A DNA stretch of 28,937 bases from a virus (IMGVR_UViG_3300048891_000010:1-28937), one strand, 5' to 3'. Numbered from the stretch's first letter, positions 1-9,479 are shown. Numbers and translations are program-made. Notes: generated from the sequence alone by a model not told the origin.

Positions 1-682
1 TCACATTCGCCTGCATTGAAGCGAGCTGCGGCAACGCCATGGTATCGGCATTGACCGCGTTGTTGCCGCCGGTCAGTGGCGCCGGCGCATTGGGATCCTG
101 CGACACCGGCTGCACGAGCGCCGCGATGCGATCGCGCACTGACGCTGGCGGCGTGTCCTGCACTGGTGGCGGTGTTGCCGCGGCAAACCGGTCACTGAAA
201 GACGGCTGCTCGCTGGTTGCAGCGACAGTTGTTGGCCAAGGCGCCACCGGCGCTGTATCGGAGAAGCCTGCGACTGACGTCGTCGGCGCCTCGTCCGTAT
301 CCATCGTGCTAGCCGCCACCACCGGTGCCAGCGTGTCACCCTCGCCGGCGTCACTGGTTTTTGCGGGCGGCGGTGATGCTGGCGGTGGTGTTGCCGGTGG
401 CGCCTGCTCCGACGGCGTGTAGGTTGTTGCCGGCGCCCCAGCACCGCTGCGTAACGCGCCGCTGCGCCTTAAAGCCTCGGCCTCGCGGCGTTGCAATCCC
501 AAGTCCGACAACGCTTCGCCGATACTCTGCCCCAAGTAAGTCAGGCCTTCGCCTTTGTTCTTGGGAAAGCCGCCTTGCCTGGACGCTAGCGCCTGCGCGA
601 TTGCGCGCCGCTGCTTGAGCTGCTCGTAGCTCAGTCCAGTACTGCCGCCGAATATGAAACTGCCAGCGTCCTCGAGTGCCAT
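1..682 (-). CDS. Putative ejection / internal virion protein, N-terminal part (runs off the window edge)
   Basis: Manually translated from ATG at 682: MALEDAGSFIFGGSTGLSYEQLKQRRAIAQALASRQGGFPKNKGEGL..., open to the window edge with a Pro/Ala/Thr-rich region. It starts 1 nt after the stop of the upstream gene. It is absent from the ORF track because it has no stop. Confidence 0.7.
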   Translation of the reverse strand, partial: MALEDAGSFIFGGSTGLSYEQLKQRRAIAQALASRQGGFPKNKGEGLTYLGQSIGEALSDLGLQRREAEALRRSGALRSGAGAPATTYTPSEQAPPATPPPASPPPAKTSDAGEGDTLAPVVAASTMDTDEAPTTSVAGFSDTAPVAPWPTTVAATSEQPSFSDRFAAATPPPVQDTPPASVRDRIAALVQPVSQDPNAPAPLTGGNNAVNADTMALPQLASMQANV

Positions 683-683
683 G

Positions 684-2102
684 TTACGCCGCCATTCCTA
701 AAACGGAGCCCAGCTTGCCGCCGTCGATGTACTTGCGGCCCTTGTGTTCGATCACCGCGCTCGGATCGATCTTCTCGACGTCCTGCGCCATCGGGCCGAC
801 GTGCATGACCGATGCCGGATCTCCCTTGTAGCTGTACTTGTAGATCGGCAGCTCATTGTCGTTGCTGTGCGGCGTCAGCACACTGCCCAGCTTGGTGATG
901 TTCTCTTTCTCGCGCACGTCCGACAGCAGCCCGATGCCGCCCTTCAAGATGCCACCCATCAAGCCGTACATGCCGGCCTGCTGCTGCTGGTAGTTCTGGT
1001 TCTGCTGCTGGTAGATCGACATATCCTGCGAGAAGCGATTGTTGATGAGGCCCGCAACATCCGTTGTTGGAATTTGATTATTCGGCGTGTTGACGAAGTT
1101 CGGGTTGTTGATCTGCGAGCCCGACAGCAGCGAGCTGATCTCGTTGATCGGCTGGTTGCGCTGCGCGTACTGCTCGTTCATGAACTGATTGCGCGCCATG
1201 TTCTGCGCGTTAAAACCGGTCTGCGCCTGCGCCACCTGCTGCGCTAACCCTGCGTTCAAGTAGTCGGCGCGCGCGCCAGCCTGCTGGAAGTTTGCTGCCT
1301 GCGCTTGGTTGGCAAACGTGCCGCGGCCTTGTTCCTCTTCGTATTGTTGCTGCTGCGCAGCGTTCTCGAACCCGGCGCGCTGCGCCGCCATGTCCATCAT
1401 GCGCTGCTGCTCTTGTCCCGCCTGACTGATCGCGCCAAAGCGCGCGTCGTTGGCTTGGCGGGAGTAGTTCATCATCGCATCGGAATAAGCCTGACTGCCG
1501 TAACGGATGCCCTGGTCGGCAAGCTGCTGCTCGATGCCCTGCTTCTCGATGGCGAGCTGCGGGTTCATGCGCGCCATCAGCGCGTCCTGCACGTTCTGCC
1601 GATCGGCGGAGAAGTCGCCGGCGCCGTAGCTCTTGGTGATGTCGCCGGCAGCGCCAAACGTCGACTGTTGCTGGCCAACATCGCCAAACGTCGTTGCCGC
1701 TTGCGGGACATTGGTAATGGCGTTGGGATCGCCGGCGGTCGGCGCACCACTAAGGTCGATCTCCTTGCCCAGCAAGGTGGCCAAGCGATCGCTTTGCGTG
1801 TTGGCCATGCCGGCCAAGTTCATTTTGGCGGCATTACTCTGATCCTGGATCGTTTGCTGCTGCGGCGACAACGTCTGTGTCGCAGTAAAGCGCGGGATGG
1901 CGATGTTGGTGCCGGTGTAGGGATCGGTCCAGTTATAGGTGTCGGTTTGGTCGTAGCGCAGCGACCCGTCAGGCGTGTTCTGATTGGTGTTGTTGAGGAA
2001 CGCATTGGTGATTGCCGTCGCGACGTTGGTCGACGTCGAGGCGCGCGCCGTGTCGACGGGATTAGGCGCAGCAGGAGCAGCCGGTGCAGAGCCCTTGCCC
2101 AT
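684..2102 (-). CDS. Putative DNA-ejection/pilot-type virion protein with C-terminal peptidase S74 (intramolecular chaperone) domain
   Basis: 472 aa with an MGKGSAPAAP start and a Q/A/N-rich helical body. The C-terminus has LLSDVREKENI...IYKYSYKGD...GPMAQDVEK, the S74 SDxRxK pattern. It lies downstream of the hub and GNAT genes. Confidence 0.7.
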   Translation of the reverse strand: MGKGSAPAAPAAPNPVDTARASTSTNVATAITNAFLNNTNQNTPDGSLRYDQTDTYNWTDPYTGTNIAIPRFTATQTLSPQQQTIQDQSNAAKMNLAGMANTQSDRLATLLGKEIDLSGAPTAGDPNAITNVPQAATTFGDVGQQQSTFGAAGDITKSYGAGDFSADRQNVQDALMARMNPQLAIEKQGIEQQLADQGIRYGSQAYSDAMMNYSRQANDARFGAISQAGQEQQRMMDMAAQRAGFENAAQQQQYEEEQGRGTFANQAQAANFQQAGARADYLNAGLAQQVAQAQTGFNAQNMARNQFMNEQYAQRNQPINEISSLLSGSQINNPNFVNTPNNQIPTTDVAGLINNRFSQDMSIYQQQNQNYQQQQAGMYGLMGGILKGGIGLLSDVREKENITKLGSVLTPHSNDNELPIYKYSYKGDPASVMHVGPMAQDVEKIDPSAVIEHKGRKYIDGGKLGSVLGMAA

Positions 2103-2103
2103 G

Positions 2104-2562
2104 TCAGTAACTTCCTGGGTTTAATCCTGGTGGCAGAAGGTTGGCATTCGGCGGCTGGATCAACGGCCCCTGGCCCAGCGACTGCGGCACGTTTGGCTGT
2201 GGTCCTTGCGGCATGCCCGACGCTGGCGTTGGTGGCATCATCTGCGGCGGTGTCTGCGGAATAGGAGACGGCGCCACGCCGGCTTGCTGCATCAATCCAC
2301 CCGGCGGCTGGTTTCCCGGCATGACGCCGGCAGCACTCAGCGGCGCCTGCGGGCTGGGCATTGTCGAGCCCACATTGCTAGGCGGTGGCATAGCCGGTTT
2401 CATACCGCCATAGCCCTGGCCGCCTTGCGGCATGCCGGTGCTCGGTGGTGGGTTGGCGACACGCATGAGCGCCTGCGTGATGGCGTTGCGTTGGGCATTG
2501 GCTCCACCACTGCCGCCGCTGCCGTACGGTGTCGGCGCTTGTGCATAATTAATTGGCATCAC
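2104..2562 (-). CDS. Pro/Gln/Gly-rich low-complexity hypothetical protein (possibly virion-internal)
   Basis: 152-aa ORF tightly coupled to both neighbours (overlaps the upstream stop, 1 nt from the downstream start). Confidence 0.6.
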   Translation of the reverse strand: MMPINYAQAPTPYGSGGSGGANAQRNAITQALMRVANPPPSTGMPQGGQGYGGMKPAMPPPSNVGSTMPSPQAPLSAAGVMPGNQPPGGLMQQAGVAPSPIPQTPPQMMPPTPASGMPQGPQPNVPQSLGQGPLIQPPNANLLPPGLNPGSY

Positions 2563-3041
2563 GCGGCCTCCTCTATCGGCGCATCGTCCAGGTGATGCTT
2601 GAACCGTTTGTTAAAGCGATTGCCGACCCACGCTTCGTAGGTGAGACAGCACAGGACACCATCCTTGCCGCGACCAAACATGCGCGGGACTTTGATGAAG
2701 TGATAATCGTAAACGGCGAGCTGGCGCAGCAGCCGCTCGTTCTCGATCGGGGTGCGCTGCACCAGCATCTGCACACCGACCTGCACGAACGGGTAGCGAT
2801 ACATGCGCTCGATGGTCGATCGCGTCAGCCAATGTGGATCGATTGACGCACCATGCATCTCGATGATGCCAAAATCCTGATCGTAGTTGGTGTAGACCAG
2901 GCCGGCGATCAGTGCGCCATCTTCACGCAACACGCCAATCGTGCGCGCATCGTCGCCAAACTGACGGACATGCGGGATCAGTTGCGCAACAAATTGCGCG
3001 ACGATCCTGTCCTCACCGAATAAGTATCGGTACATCATCAC
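2559..3041 (-). CDS. GNAT-fold acetyltransferase-like virion assembly protein
   Basis: 160 aa with IGVLREDGALIAGLVY...IEMHGAS...WLTR...YRYPF. It occupies the usual podovirus position between hub and ejection genes. Confidence 0.65.
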   Translation of the reverse strand: MMMYRYLFGEDRIVAQFVAQLIPHVRQFGDDARTIGVLREDGALIAGLVYTNYDQDFGIIEMHGASIDPHWLTRSTIERMYRYPFVQVGVQMLVQRTPIENERLLRQLAVYDYHFIKVPRMFGRGKDGVLCCLTYEAWVGNRFNKRFKHHLDDAPIEEAA

Positions 3042-3682
3042 GCGCCTACGTTGTTGTAGTCCTGGTAATTTTTGGAGATCGGAAATCTGCTTTTCAGCGG
3101 CGGTGTTTGCATCATCGGCGGCAAGTTGCCGACGTTGCCCAGACTTTTTTGCTGGTTGTATTGAGCCAAGGCCGACTGATACGCCTGAATGTCAAACGGC
3201 TGGCCGTTCTCGTCCAAAAACATACTGCTGTCTGTCGCTGCCGGTGATGGCACCGCGGCTTGCGCCGCCTGATTACTGGCAAGCCGCTGCGCGATGGCAT
3301 CGCGTCGCGCGTTGAAATCGTATTTGCCACCCTGCGCCAATACACGCAGCGCCTCAGGATCAATCGAACCTTTGGGATCCCCATACGCCTGTTGCAACGG
3401 GATCGGCCCGCCATAGACGCCATTGCCGGCGCTCATCGGCGACGGCCCCTGAAACGGGTTAGGCATGCGCGTCTGGTCGATGTTGGCGTAGGTGACCGGG
3501 TGGTTTTCCAGACCCCATTTTGAGACGGCGTCTTCTGACGCTTTCAGGCCGTGGATGTAGGCCGGCGCAAACAGGCCGCCCATGCCACCCTGTGGATTGT
3601 AGTCTGTGTACAAAGAAGAGAGCTGCGCATCTCGAGCGTCGCCGGGATCTACGGTCGGTGCGGCGGTTGGATCGACTGCCAT
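3038..3682 (-). CDS. Hypothetical protein in the virion module
   Basis: 214-aa ORF with RBS GAGGA upstream; stop overlaps the next start. Confidence 0.65.
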   Translation of the reverse strand: MAVDPTAAPTVDPGDARDAQLSSLYTDYNPQGGMGGLFAPAYIHGLKASEDAVSKWGLENHPVTYANIDQTRMPNPFQGPSPMSAGNGVYGGPIPLQQAYGDPKGSIDPEALRVLAQGGKYDFNARRDAIAQRLASNQAAQAAVPSPAATDSSMFLDENGQPFDIQAYQSALAQYNQQKSLGNVGNLPPMMQTPPLKSRFPISKNYQDYNNVGA

Positions 3683-3692
3683 GCGCTTGTCC

Positions 3693-5315
3693 TCAGACGT
3701 TGACGCCTAATCGCTCGAATGTCGCCGCGATCGAGATCAGCTCCACGTTCGGCCGCGCCGCCTGCGCCACCGTCACCTGGACGACCGGCGCATGCGAAAA
3801 CCCGGTTTCGCCAACCGACACCCAGGCAGTGTTCTTCACCACTGGCAGCGCCAATGACGGCTGGTCCCACAGCGCCGTATCCCACAAGCCTTGATCCCAA
3901 ACATCCGCCACACCAGGATCCGGCCCCGCCGGCGGCGGTTGTGGAACGCGAATGTCATAGTCGGTGCAGGCGGCAATTTGCGGCTGGAACGGCTCGGAGT
4001 TGCCGGCGGTGAAAGAGGCGCGCGCCTGGTGCCAGACGCACTGCGCTGCGGCCGACTGAAACATCTCCCAGCCACCGACCAGGGTGGCGACATACGGCTT
4101 GCCGTCGTCATAGCCGGTGCGATCGGCCTGCATGACAATGCCGTCCTGGGTGCCAAAGAACAGGTTGCCGCGTGTGTACATCCAGCAGGTGGCGTCGTAG
4201 CCGACGAAACGGCTCCAGGCGCCGCTCGAGGAATTGGCGACCAGGCAATGGCGATCACCCGGTGCGCCACCAGGGACAGCGACAAAGACGCCGCCGTACT
4301 CGTCCCATTTCTTCAGCGCCCAGGGCGAGGCGATCTTGGCCGCCACCTCCTGCCGCCACAGCGGCTTGATGGTGCGGGTGACGGCAGCCAGCTCGAGCTG
4401 CTCTGCCGTTTTTGTGATCGCCTGCGAAATCGGGATGATGCCATCGATCGTAGCGAGAAGCAGGTCGCCACCAATCGGCAGGTGCGCGTTCTTGCCCATC
4501 GGCGGACTGATGGCGTAGCGACCTTCCTGCCGCCAGTTGGTCGCCGTCGAAGGGTCGCTGCCGGAAAAGATAATCAGCTCGCCCTGATCAGTGCAGAAGA
4601 CGCACTTGTCATCGATGCCGTCGCCGGCGTCGATCGACCATGCCGCGCCAAACAGCAGGTTGCCGCCTTTGGTCGTCGCCCCCGACAGCGGGATCATCTG
4701 CAGTGCGCCCTGCACGGCGTTGAGCGGCAGATACCAGGCGTTCATGCTGCCGCCCTCGATGAAGAACCACCGATTGCGATACTTCCAAACGGCAACGAGG
4801 TTCTTGCCGTGCTCGACCGTCGAGCCGACCGGACCGCTGATCTGATTGGCGCTGAATGTCGTCCACGCCGCGCCGTTGTATTGCAGCGGAAAGTCGCCAG
4901 CGTCATTGACGGCAATGAGATAATCGCCGCCCTGGTTGGCGAGCTGCGAGGCAGAATAATTACCGGATCCTTGACTATCCTTCACCAATGTCGGTGCGCC
5001 GCCAAAGGTGACGTCGTAGAGCTTAGTCGCGTTGGCGGCGAACATCTTCTGCACGTTGCCGCTGAGATACTCGAAACCGGAAATGATCGGCGTCGTCTCA
5101 GGCAACACCGACCACCGCTCGCAACCGCCACGCAACTTGACGCCGCGCAACGTCGGCACCCAGTTGTCGCAAATGATGGCGGCACCCGGCTGCATGAATG
5201 TGAAATTTTCGTTCTGAATAATGCCGCGCGTCGGCGCCGCGATCGTCGTCGTCTGCAGCTGCTGCGCCATCTGCGCCGGCACTGCTTGGCGCTTGAAGGC
5301 CTGGACAATACTCAT
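3693..5315 (-). CDS. Tail hub/nozzle (P22 gp10-like packaged-DNA stabilization protein)
   Basis: 540-aa beta-rich protein directly after the adaptor gene; WD..LWD..LWD near the C-terminus; size and synteny fit. Confidence 0.75.
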   Translation of the reverse strand: MSIVQAFKRQAVPAQMAQQLQTTTIAAPTRGIIQNENFTFMQPGAAIICDNWVPTLRGVKLRGGCERWSVLPETTPIISGFEYLSGNVQKMFAANATKLYDVTFGGAPTLVKDSQGSGNYSASQLANQGGDYLIAVNDAGDFPLQYNGAAWTTFSANQISGPVGSTVEHGKNLVAVWKYRNRWFFIEGGSMNAWYLPLNAVQGALQMIPLSGATTKGGNLLFGAAWSIDAGDGIDDKCVFCTDQGELIIFSGSDPSTATNWRQEGRYAISPPMGKNAHLPIGGDLLLATIDGIIPISQAITKTAEQLELAAVTRTIKPLWRQEVAAKIASPWALKKWDEYGGVFVAVPGGAPGDRHCLVANSSSGAWSRFVGYDATCWMYTRGNLFFGTQDGIVMQADRTGYDDGKPYVATLVGGWEMFQSAAAQCVWHQARASFTAGNSEPFQPQIAACTDYDIRVPQPPPAGPDPGVADVWDQGLWDTALWDQPSLALPVVKNTAWVSVGETGFSHAPVVQVTVAQAARPNVELISIAATFERLGVNV

Positions 5316-6040
5316 GACGATGGCACCGGGAAGGGATAGGCGGTGCTGGCGACAACGCTGGCAGAGATCGGCTCGCGGCCGACCATGATCGGCGAGGGGC
5401 TGTCATTGCCCATAGCCAGCAGCATGGCGTCGCCATAGGTGCCGAGATCCTCGGAATAGGGCGAGCCTTTCTGCGCCTTCCACTGCCAGGTCATGCCCAG
5501 TTTGAGCAGCCGATCGCCCAACAGGAAGCTGTCGTTATCGGTTAGAAAAATTTCGCTAAGGCCGCCGCTTGCTAAAGCGATAGGGTTCTTGCTGAGATAG
5601 GCAAACGTCGCCGTAACGCCGACCGGCATCGGCGGGTGGATGTGTATCTGGCCGCCGTAAATAATCCACTCGCCACGGCTGTCGTAATAGCCGCGCGCGC
5701 GGCGCTGCATCCACTCATCTAGATCGGGAAAGAAGCGCATCGGCGACATTGGCGTGTTTGATCGCCAGACGTTCGCCGTAAGCAACATGCGCTTGAAGTT
5801 GGCCGGCAGGTTGAATGCCGTCGTACCGGGATTGGTCAGCGTTGCATCACCTGGCAGTGTTACGCTTTGTTTGAGCTGCTGCCACTCACGTGTGTCGTAA
5901 GCGATGCGCTGTGCAATCTCGTTGGCGAGCGCCAGCATCTCCGCCATGGTGCGATTGCCGGCGATGCTCGCAAAGACGGATGTCGGGATGGCCGCCCCGA
6001 CAACCGTGCAAACATCCCTGACAACCGTCAGTAACGACAT
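5312..6040 (-). CDS. Head-tail adaptor (tail tubular protein A / gp4-like)
   Basis: 242 aa, MSLLTVVRDVC...FNLPANFKRM...LLKLGMTWQWK; lies between the capsid region and the hub gene. Confidence 0.7.
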   Translation of the reverse strand: MSLLTVVRDVCTVVGAAIPTSVFASIAGNRTMAEMLALANEIAQRIAYDTREWQQLKQSVTLPGDATLTNPGTTAFNLPANFKRMLLTANVWRSNTPMSPMRFFPDLDEWMQRRARGYYDSRGEWIIYGGQIHIHPPMPVGVTATFAYLSKNPIALASGGLSEIFLTDNDSFLLGDRLLKLGMTWQWKAQKGSPYSEDLGTYGDAMLLAMGNDSPSPIMVGREPISASVVASTAYPFPVPSS

Positions 6041-6043
6041 TCG

Positions 6044-6760
6044 TCATGCGACTTTCTGCTGGGCCTCTGTTGCCATTCGCACTAGCGTCTTGCGGTTCAG
6101 CGAGCCATGCGGTTTGTGACCAGTGTTGGTCGTAACGAAATCACGCAACTGGTCGAGGGTCATGCCGGCAAACTGATTATCACCATCGACTTTTTCACCG
6201 GCGTTGCGGTCCTGATGCCGCTTGAGGTCTTCTTCGATGATGGCGTTGCGCGCTTTGAGCGCCTCCAGCTCTGCCGCCATGGCCAGGTTTGGCGCGTTGC
6301 TCTTGCTCTCGGCGATATACTCTTGCGCTTTGTTTTTCAGATCTCGTCCGCCGTGTCCGAGATTTTTGAGCTCTTGGCCGTCAACATGTGCCAGCGCCTC
6401 CAGAGTGTAGATGTTGAGGGCGCGTAACTCGGCCCGACGAGCCTCTGTAAGAAAGGGCACATGCGCCAGCGGCGTCCCCGATTTGGTCTGCGCTGTCTGC
6501 GCCTTGAACTGTTGATACTGCCGGCGAAACCGCTCGGCATACGTCACCGCCGTCTGCTCGCCTGTCTCAAAGTTTTCTGACCAGTGCGAGAACGCGGTCG
6601 CTGGAAACACCGACATATTGCGTGAGCCAGGAAAGCGGATCTCGACAACCTCGATATCCTCGTAGATCGGCCGGCCTTCCTTCAAGGAGGCGGCCTCGTT
6701 CTTTTTGGCAAAGTTCTTAAACAGAGCAACGACGGCGGCATCAGGATCTCTTGCGGGCAT
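6044..6760 (-). CDS. Phage hypothetical protein downstream of the major capsid gene
   Basis: Start reassigned to MPARDPDAAVV (ATG 6760, RBS AAGGGAGA), giving 238 aa. The ORF-track extension to 6967 overlaps the capsid gene. Confidence 0.7.
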   Translation of the reverse strand: MPARDPDAAVVALFKNFAKKNEAASLKEGRPIYEDIEVVEIRFPGSRNMSVFPATAFSHWSENFETGEQTAVTYAERFRRQYQQFKAQTAQTKSGTPLAHVPFLTEARRAELRALNIYTLEALAHVDGQELKNLGHGGRDLKNKAQEYIAESKSNAPNLAMAAELEALKARNAIIEEDLKRHQDRNAGEKVDGDNQFAGMTLDQLRDFVTTNTGHKPHGSLNRKTLVRMATEAQQKVA

Positions 6761-6778
6761 TCTGCATTCTCCCTTGTG

Positions 6779-6830
6779 AAGAGGTCGCCGCCGGCTGAGG
6801 GCAAGGGACACCCTTGAAGACGACGACCTC
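6779..6830 (-). terminator. Nested stem-loop after the capsid gene (terminator, processing site or translational attenuator)
   Basis: Minus-strand GAGGTCGTCG pairs with CGGCGACCTC (one G-U) and encloses the CAAGGG-TGT-CCCTTG hairpin. The U tail is weak (TTCAC). Confidence 0.5.
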
Positions 6831-6842
6831 CGTTTACCCAGC

Positions 6843-7862
6843 TTAAGCAGCCGGATTGCTGTCGTAGAGACGCCAGTTGAACATCGGGTTGACCTGGGTG
6901 AGTTCACCCATCCAGCCGATGAACTGCGCGATCGCGTCTTTATCGATCGGCATCTGACCGTCGCCATCGAACAAGTTGTCGAAGTTTCGGTTCGGGTGAT
7001 ACCGCATGCGGAAACTGTCGGTATTCAACCCGAATGTGGTGTTGGCCGGCATGTTGGAGCCGATGCCGCCGTCGAGCACGATCTCGGCGCGTTTACCGCC
7101 ACCGATGTATTCGATCGCACTGAAACCAAGCTGGCCCAGGCTGGTCGAATTGGTCTGCCGCTGGATGGCAACAGTCGCCGCATCGTAAGCCGCATAATGC
7201 TCGGGCGACATCACCAGCAGGTCGGCGTAATCCTTGCCGCGTGACTGTTTGGTCATGACGTAGTTGAGCATTGGGCGGATGGTCGTCGCACTGACCTGTG
7301 TTGAGCCGGCCAAGAACGAGTTGGCGTCGTAAGTTTTGGTCTGCCAAATGACGGCGGTGGCGCGATCGATGCCGCCATAGACACCGCTGTTGGTGACGAT
7401 CGGCACGGCGGTGGCGAGGCCAGTGATCTGCTTGCCGCCGTTGGCGGTGCCGTCACTGTAAATTGCCGCGTCCATTGTATCCTCAAGGGCGCGTTCGGCA
7501 GCCGCGATGTAGCTGTCGTAAACGTCCATGAGCTGGGCGCTGCCTTCGTTGTTCAAGATCTCCTGCATCGACAGGATGACCGGAACGACAACCATTTTGG
7601 GATCGAAGTAGGCATCGTTGAACAGATCGAGTGCCGGATTAAGCAACTGATCGTAACCACTGTACCACTGCGCGACCTGCTTGGAGATCTGCAGCGTCTG
7701 GCGAATGCGCGGGCCACTGTAAGTGTGCCAGAGGCCCTTGCGCTTCATCACCGCAAGCATTGCGTTGTTATTGGAGACGAGATCTTCGTAGCCGCTCGAG
7801 CGGTCCTCGAGCGCCATGCTGAGTATCTGTTGATACGCAGCATTCGTGTTGATGTTTGGCAT
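6843..7862 (-). CDS. Major capsid protein
   Basis: 339 aa directly after the scaffold; IYSDGTANGGKQITGL and YGGIDRA motifs typical of HK97-fold podovirus capsids; RBS GAGGTGG. Confidence 0.85.
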   Translation of the reverse strand: MPNINTNAAYQQILSMALEDRSSGYEDLVSNNNAMLAVMKRKGLWHTYSGPRIRQTLQISKQVAQWYSGYDQLLNPALDLFNDAYFDPKMVVVPVILSMQEILNNEGSAQLMDVYDSYIAAAERALEDTMDAAIYSDGTANGGKQITGLATAVPIVTNSGVYGGIDRATAVIWQTKTYDANSFLAGSTQVSATTIRPMLNYVMTKQSRGKDYADLLVMSPEHYAAYDAATVAIQRQTNSTSLGQLGFSAIEYIGGGKRAEIVLDGGIGSNMPANTTFGLNTDSFRMRYHPNRNFDNLFDGDGQMPIDKDAIAQFIGWMGELTQVNPMFNWRLYDSNPAA

Positions 7863-7876
7863 TACGCCACCTCAGA

Positions 7877-9118
7877 TTAGACGCCGCCGTTCACGCGCGT
7901 GATTGCGCGTTGAATAGCTTCGCGTCGGCCAACTTGCTTGTCGCCCTTGCGCTTGACCGGCGGGCCGTCTGAGGGACCGCTATCGGGAGCGCCATGGATC
8001 GACTTGTCGGATCGGGTCTGAGCCGGCGTGTTGCGGGTCTGAGCCGCGTGTGTTTTCGGGGGTCTTAGCCGGTATGCACGTTGGTAGGCCTCTTCCAGGC
8101 TGAAACCAAATTGCAATTCCTGCTCGATTAAATCCCCTAATTCATCAAACCCTGGATGGCTGTCGGCAAAGACGTCGACCTGCGACCGGGTTTGATTGAA
8201 CCTGAGGCCATTATGCAGCTGATCGATCGTAGACTTCAAGCCCGCCACTTCCTGGTGAAGGGCGCCGATCTGGTGCTGGGCTGCCTGCTGCGAGTTCTGC
8301 TGCTGCGTTAGCTTATGCTGCTCGGGACTTTGATTGAGGATGTGGTAGGCGACATCGCGTAACGAGATCTTCTGACCGTTCTGGGTGCGCAGGTTCAGGT
8401 TGTTGACGATGACGTCGAGGCCACCGACCAGGTCGGTGCGCAACTTCTGCTCCATCGAAACGTAGTTGGTCAGCGCCTTGTCGAGCGTTGTCCCGTGTTG
8501 CGTCGCCATCTCGTGAAAGTGGCGTATGCTGTTCATGGTATCGTGATCGCCGCGGAGCGTTTTGTATGCGCCGTCAAACTCTTTTGCCATGCGGTAGACT
8601 TCACCGCGGACGCTTTCGGGCGCGGCTGACCACTCTGCTTTGCCGGCCTCGTTCCAACGCCCTGGCGGCTCTCTATAGGGCGCAGTCTCAGGAAGAGGCG
8701 CGACGGGTTTTTTCGCAATCTGCTGCGGCTGCGTACCAGCAGGATCCGCTTGCGTTGCAGCGTCTGCAGCAGGCGCTTTTGCAAAACGCCCGCCCTCCCG
8801 ATGCCGCTCTTGCGGCGGCTTACGCAAATCTAGCGGAGCCTCGGGGGGTTTCGCCTCCGTCTTCGCCGCTTTGCGCGGGGCTAGGGTTTTCTCCTTTTCT
8901 GGGGTATTTGCCCGCTCAAACGCTTTGCGAATACTTTCACGGCGGGTTTCAGGCCTGCCATGGCCTCGATCCAGACCATCAACCGGCTTTTCTGGAGCCT
9001 GATCACCCACCGGCTGCGGGGCGTTCACCGGGTTCTGATTGATTGGAGCTTCGTTGGTGGGAGCTGGAGCGGATGGCGCAGAGGGTGGCGCCGCCGGCGC
9101 AATGTTCGTGTCTGACAT
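7877..9118 (-). CDS. Capsid scaffolding protein
   Basis: 413 aa with disordered P/A-rich N-terminus, PPGRW motif, helical core and basic C-terminal helix; immediately upstream of the capsid gene. Confidence 0.75.
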   Translation of the reverse strand: MSDTNIAPAAPPSAPSAPAPTNEAPINQNPVNAPQPVGDQAPEKPVDGLDRGHGRPETRRESIRKAFERANTPEKEKTLAPRKAAKTEAKPPEAPLDLRKPPQERHREGGRFAKAPAADAATQADPAGTQPQQIAKKPVAPLPETAPYREPPGRWNEAGKAEWSAAPESVRGEVYRMAKEFDGAYKTLRGDHDTMNSIRHFHEMATQHGTTLDKALTNYVSMEQKLRTDLVGGLDVIVNNLNLRTQNGQKISLRDVAYHILNQSPEQHKLTQQQNSQQAAQHQIGALHQEVAGLKSTIDQLHNGLRFNQTRSQVDVFADSHPGFDELGDLIEQELQFGFSLEEAYQRAYRLRPPKTHAAQTRNTPAQTRSDKSIHGAPDSGPSDGPPVKRKGDKQVGRREAIQRAITRVNGGV

Positions 9119-9138
9119 ATTCGGAACCCCGAATTGAT

Positions 9139-9462
9139 CTAGGTCAAATGCCTAGATCGGTGACCAGCCCTATATTTATCCAGTGCAGTCTTCAGCGACT
9201 GACGGCGCTTTTCTTTCTCTTCCCGGCTGTCAGTCGCTCTTTTCTTCGGCTTGAACTTTTCGGTGCCAACCTCGATGAGGCCATGCGCCCGACCAACAGC
9301 GCGAAAGGCTGCCTTGCTCGTATAAAAGCGGCCGTCGACCTGTTCTGTTGGATCCATGATGTCGCTGATGACGTAAGGCCGCGGCAGAGCACTGCGCGCC
9401 GGTGAAAAGGTTTCACGTGAAACCTTCCAACGACCGGGCTCGACCTCAACCAGCTTCGACAT
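9139..9462 (-). CDS. Small basic hypothetical protein
   Basis: 107 aa, VISDIMDP...DGRFYTSKAAFR...GLIEVGTE; lies upstream of the scaffold. Confidence 0.7.
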   Translation of the reverse strand: MSKLVEVEPGRWKVSRETFSPARSALPRPYVISDIMDPTEQVDGRFYTSKAAFRAVGRAHGLIEVGTEKFKPKKRATDSREEKEKRRQSLKTALDKYRAGHRSRHLT

Positions 9463-9479
9463 CCATCACCCCGCGACGA

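Noticed and set aside
3891-5339. Long plus-strand ORFs (also 1305-2264, 18405-19712, 26807-27661, 28044-28859)
   Set aside because: Antisense shadows of GC-rich minus-strand genes, with no RBS or recognisable motifs.
6761-6967. Open frame linking the capsid 3' end to the downstream gene (possible frameshifted capsid extension)
   Set aside because: It would need a +1 shift, no slippery site is evident, and the downstream gene has its own strong RBS and ATG.
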